From: Macrostomum lignano
Taxonomy: Eukaryota
DNA length: 64,000 nt
Direction: 5' to 3'
Assembly (NCBI GenBank): GCA_002269645.1
Contig: NIVC01002709.1
Coordinates: 62,001-126,000 of the forward strand
Positions within the stretch are counted from its first letter, which is position 1. The number at the start of each line of letters is the position of its first letter. Below are positions 60,605 to 64,000 of the stretch, in pieces. Made by a program: the position numbers and the translations under genes. The notes below the pieces were generated by a model. That model was not told where the DNA came from. It saw only the letters and a list, made by a program, of their open reading frames with translations, and ran no database searches.

Positions 60605-62349
60605 CTGTAAATGTTAGAATAATAATGTACTTTGTCTTGCATTTTTAGCATTTGCTGATAATAAGCATTATATACCTAATAACTAGGCTATAAACACATT
60701 TTTGACTAAATAACTGTGAATGTTAATATCATTCCACTTGTTACATGCTAAGTATTTTTCACATTTATACTTTCTTAACAATTATACACTTTAGTAACTT
60801 ACAATACATTTTTTTATTTTCCAAATAGTTTGGTATTCTAATACTATTAAAATTTTGAAAATTTAAACAAATAAAAATTCTTTAAAATGAATAAAATATT
60901 TGTGCACTTTTATAAAAAGTAATGGCAAAACTTAATTTTTCAGTTAATTAAGGTCAAATTAGGCCAGAAATGAATATTTTCTCTCTTGAAACAAGTTTTT
61001 ATAATTAGAAAGTAGTAATATTGTTACCCTGTAATTATGGATATAATTATAAATAGATAATGTAGTTGCATCTGCAGCAAGTCATGTTTTCCTAAAGCAA
61101 TGTTAAAATATTAAAGTCCTTTTACATATTACCTTTTAGGAAGTCATTAGATATGTAATAAAGAGATAGATAAGATTTGTAATAACATATTTAGGATTTC
61201 TCATATTAATTTGTTTGCAGCTTTTTTATAATTTTGTTATATTATAGCCATAGTTATAGGAAAATATGGATTATAAAGATTTTGATCAAAAAATATACAG
61301 CTATAGTCAGGTGGCAAAAATTTATAGTTACATTTATAGTTAGTCTTTGCAATCCATGGTGTTTAGTGGTAGAACACTAGTTAGTAATTAATAATCATTA
61401 TAAAAGCACTAATTCCTATGATCTTATTTTAATAATGATAATATTATCCATATAGTGCTATGCCAATAATGTCTTATTTATTCACATAGCAGCTAAAATA
61501 TAATATTATAAGAATGGGCATACCTAATATTAGTATTATGTACCAATGTACACTAGAACAAAATTTGCTTTCTTAGCTCTTATATGCCAATGTATGCTAA
61601 CAGACTAATATTGCACATGAAAACATATCCCATAGTCTGTTTCATTACAATTACGCTGAAAACCCCAATATTACTATATTCCTATAGTTCCCATGGCCAT
61701 AGCCATAGTTTTAACAAAATATCTTAAAGTCTAAGAAACAAAATATTTTGAACCAGGAAGATAACTTGGTGCTTAAACAACTACAAAAGAATAATAGAAA
61801 ATAAAACAAACACTTGATTGCCTTTGAAAGATTATATTTTATCTTTTTACAGAGTAATGATACTTAATCACTACTAAAAGTATTGCTTAACTTTTTCACA
61901 TTAATAAAAGTTATGGTTTGTTAATGTTTTGTTGTAATTTATTAGGTATAACTTATAAGTTTCTAAGTCTATAATATAGTTTACCAAAGTATCTTTGTTT
62001 TACTCTACTTGTTTCTAATATTTTTTAATTTTTAAATTAATAACTATGGCTATAGGAATCTATGGAATATGACAAAAACTACTATATTTTTGTAGTTATA
62101 GCTGTAAGAGCAGCTATCTAGTATAGGCATATCTGTAGTTGTTATAAGCACCTATTTTACCATATTTGCCATAGGATCCCATAGCTGTAGCCATAGCTAC
62201 AGTGGAATACTACACTTTATACTTAAAAGTTCAATAAAAGTTTATTTCTAAGAAATATATCTTCTCTTAAATTTTGGCATATAGATATTGACATAATTTT
62301 TCTATTTAAATTAGCATAGAATTGAAAAAAACAGCAGAATTCTAAACAG

Positions 62350-62935
62350 GAGACTAAGCAGCAGTCGGCCCAGTGGACTCCAGTTGGCGGCATCCCACCA
62401 TCCAAGCTTCGGTGAGAGTGCAGCGTGGCAAAGCAGATGGTGGCCATTTTTGTGGCGAAAACTAGTCATCTGGCCACAGTTCCACTTGTGCAGCAGCGCA
62501 CAGTCACCGGTGACTAGTACGCCAATGTTTGCCTGCCAGAAGTGCTGAGCACTCTCTCCAGGCATCGCCCAAGGACTCAAGCTTGGGGCATCCTTCTCCA
62601 TCACAACAATGCCCCAGCCTACAAGGCTCAACAGGTGGTGGAGTTCCTGGCTAGAGAGTGCATTCAAGAGCTTGGTCATCCACCCTACAGCCTCAACATG
62701 GCCCCCTGTTTCCACAAATCAAGTGCAGGATGTGTGGAATCTACTATGGATCATCAGAAGCTGCAATAGAGGCCTTCATCTGGCATGTGGAGGAGGTGCC
62801 TGCTTTAGCAAGTGGTAAAGCACATGAAAATTTACATTGAATCTTCTGGAGAGTACTTTGAAAAGATGCAACTGTTTTTTCTCTTAAACTATTTCTGTCT
62901 GGGCATATCCAGAAACTTATTGCTTAGCCCTCATA
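62350..62935 (+). mobile_element. Degenerate, 5'-truncated mariner (DD34D) transposon: 3' part of the transposase plus the right TIR
   Basis: One frame reads ETKQQSAQW...KQMVAIFVAKTSHLATVPL...*YANVCLPEVL...GILLHHNNAPAY...LGHPPYSLNMAPC, cf. mariner HDNAPAH and HPPYSPDLAPC. It has two in-frame stops and a later frameshift, then GEYFEKM and a mariner-like end GAAACTTATTGCTTAGCCCTCATA ending in TA. Confidence 0.85.
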
Positions 62936-63011
62936 TAGCCAGGTGCAGGTCTATCTTTAAGTGAAGTATATAATGACTCAAAGAATGTATACCTATATAT
63001 ACCTATATACA

Positions 63012-63017
63012 CATGCA

Positions 63018-63059
<42 letters not shown>

Positions 63060-63095
63060 CCTATATATATATTTATACCTATATATATATATATG
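63012..63095. repeat. (TA)n-rich microsatellite
   Basis: Directly visible. Confidence 0.85.
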
Positions 63096-64000
63096 TGAGT
63101 GCATGAATGTGCATATACAAATTAGTTTGCCAGAAATATACAGTATAGTATGTAGAGAGTGTAGCCTACAGAGTATAGGCTACAGTGCAGTTTAGTACAA
63201 TGCTACATAAGTGAATGATAAATCAATCGGTAAAGAGAGTAAGGGCAGGAGAAAGGAAAGAAAAATGAGGTACTTCCATGTTTCAATAAGCACAACACAC
63301 AAGCACGCATGAGGCATGCTACCCCCTCCCCCTGGTCCTTCAGTATAGTGGTGCATAGGTAAGTTGCAAATCTGGACAAAACTAAGTTGCACCGGATGGG
63401 TGAAATTTTGAGGTTGGGCATGTATGTTTGCAATAATGGCCATTGGCTATAATAAGTTATTTCAAATGATTTCAAAGTTATTTCAGATTTAAAAGCAAAG
63501 CCACTAAGCATTACATTAGGCCTATAAAAAGAATAATATAAAAAACATTTTAGATATTTAATTAAACAATTAAACTTTGTATGAAACATCTATAAAATAG
63601 GTTACTAAAAATTCAAATAAAAAATTTGCATAGTCTTGCCTTAGGGTAAAAACTTGTGCAAAAAATCTACATATAACTTTTTATTCCAAAATTGCCATGC
63701 AAAGATTCTATCCTAAGCAAGAAGCAAGAACTAGTAGACAAATTGTCCCCTACTTAGGGCTAGCGGGCTAGGCCTAGCAATTTAACTACCTAGGCTAGGC
63801 TAGATTAAAAGTCCATAAGACAAAATCAAATATACTTAACCTAGCAATATATTGGCATATTGCTGAATGTCCTAGATCTTCCATAGATTGGATCATATAT
63901 TTGTAGGTTTAATGCCAAAAAAAGAATAGGCCCTAAACCTTGTTTGTATACTAGGTTTATGTGCCAATAAAAAATTGTCATTTGACACAATGTATCAACT

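Noticed and set aside
61660-62075. Degenerate inverted repeats around CTATAG/CCATAG motifs as a MITE
   Set aside because: The matches are short (10-14 bp) in low-complexity AT-rich DNA, with no clear ends or TSD.

Overview
Eukaryotic (metazoan) genomic DNA. Short GC-rich exons with GT-AG boundaries sit among AT-rich stretches and roughly 40 micro/minisatellite arrays. The style resembles the flatworm Macrostomum, but that is an inference from sequence style only. Spliced gene models rebuilt by hand from splice sites and reading phase: a small secreted Asp-rich protein (-) interrupted by two RTE-like LINE fragments; flotillin-1 (+, 4 coding exons); an orphan ORF with an in-frame hexapeptide repeat (+); anosmin-1/KAL-1 (+, 12 exons; Cys box, WAP, 4 FN3, GPI-like tail); ISCU (-, 2 exons); a KLHL9/13-like BTB-BACK-Kelch gene (-, 5 exons); and SMPD4 (-, 5 exons seen, first exon not found). 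There are also MITEs and a decayed mariner. No rRNA, tRNA or CRISPR was recognised, and most long ORFs in the supplied track are tandem-repeat artefacts. Most interesting leads: a possible SMPD4-KLHL-ISCU trans-spliced operon; LINE insertions twice at one coding repeat motif; CpG-decayed domains near gene 5' ends; and intron-specific minisatellites, some of which share seed motifs.
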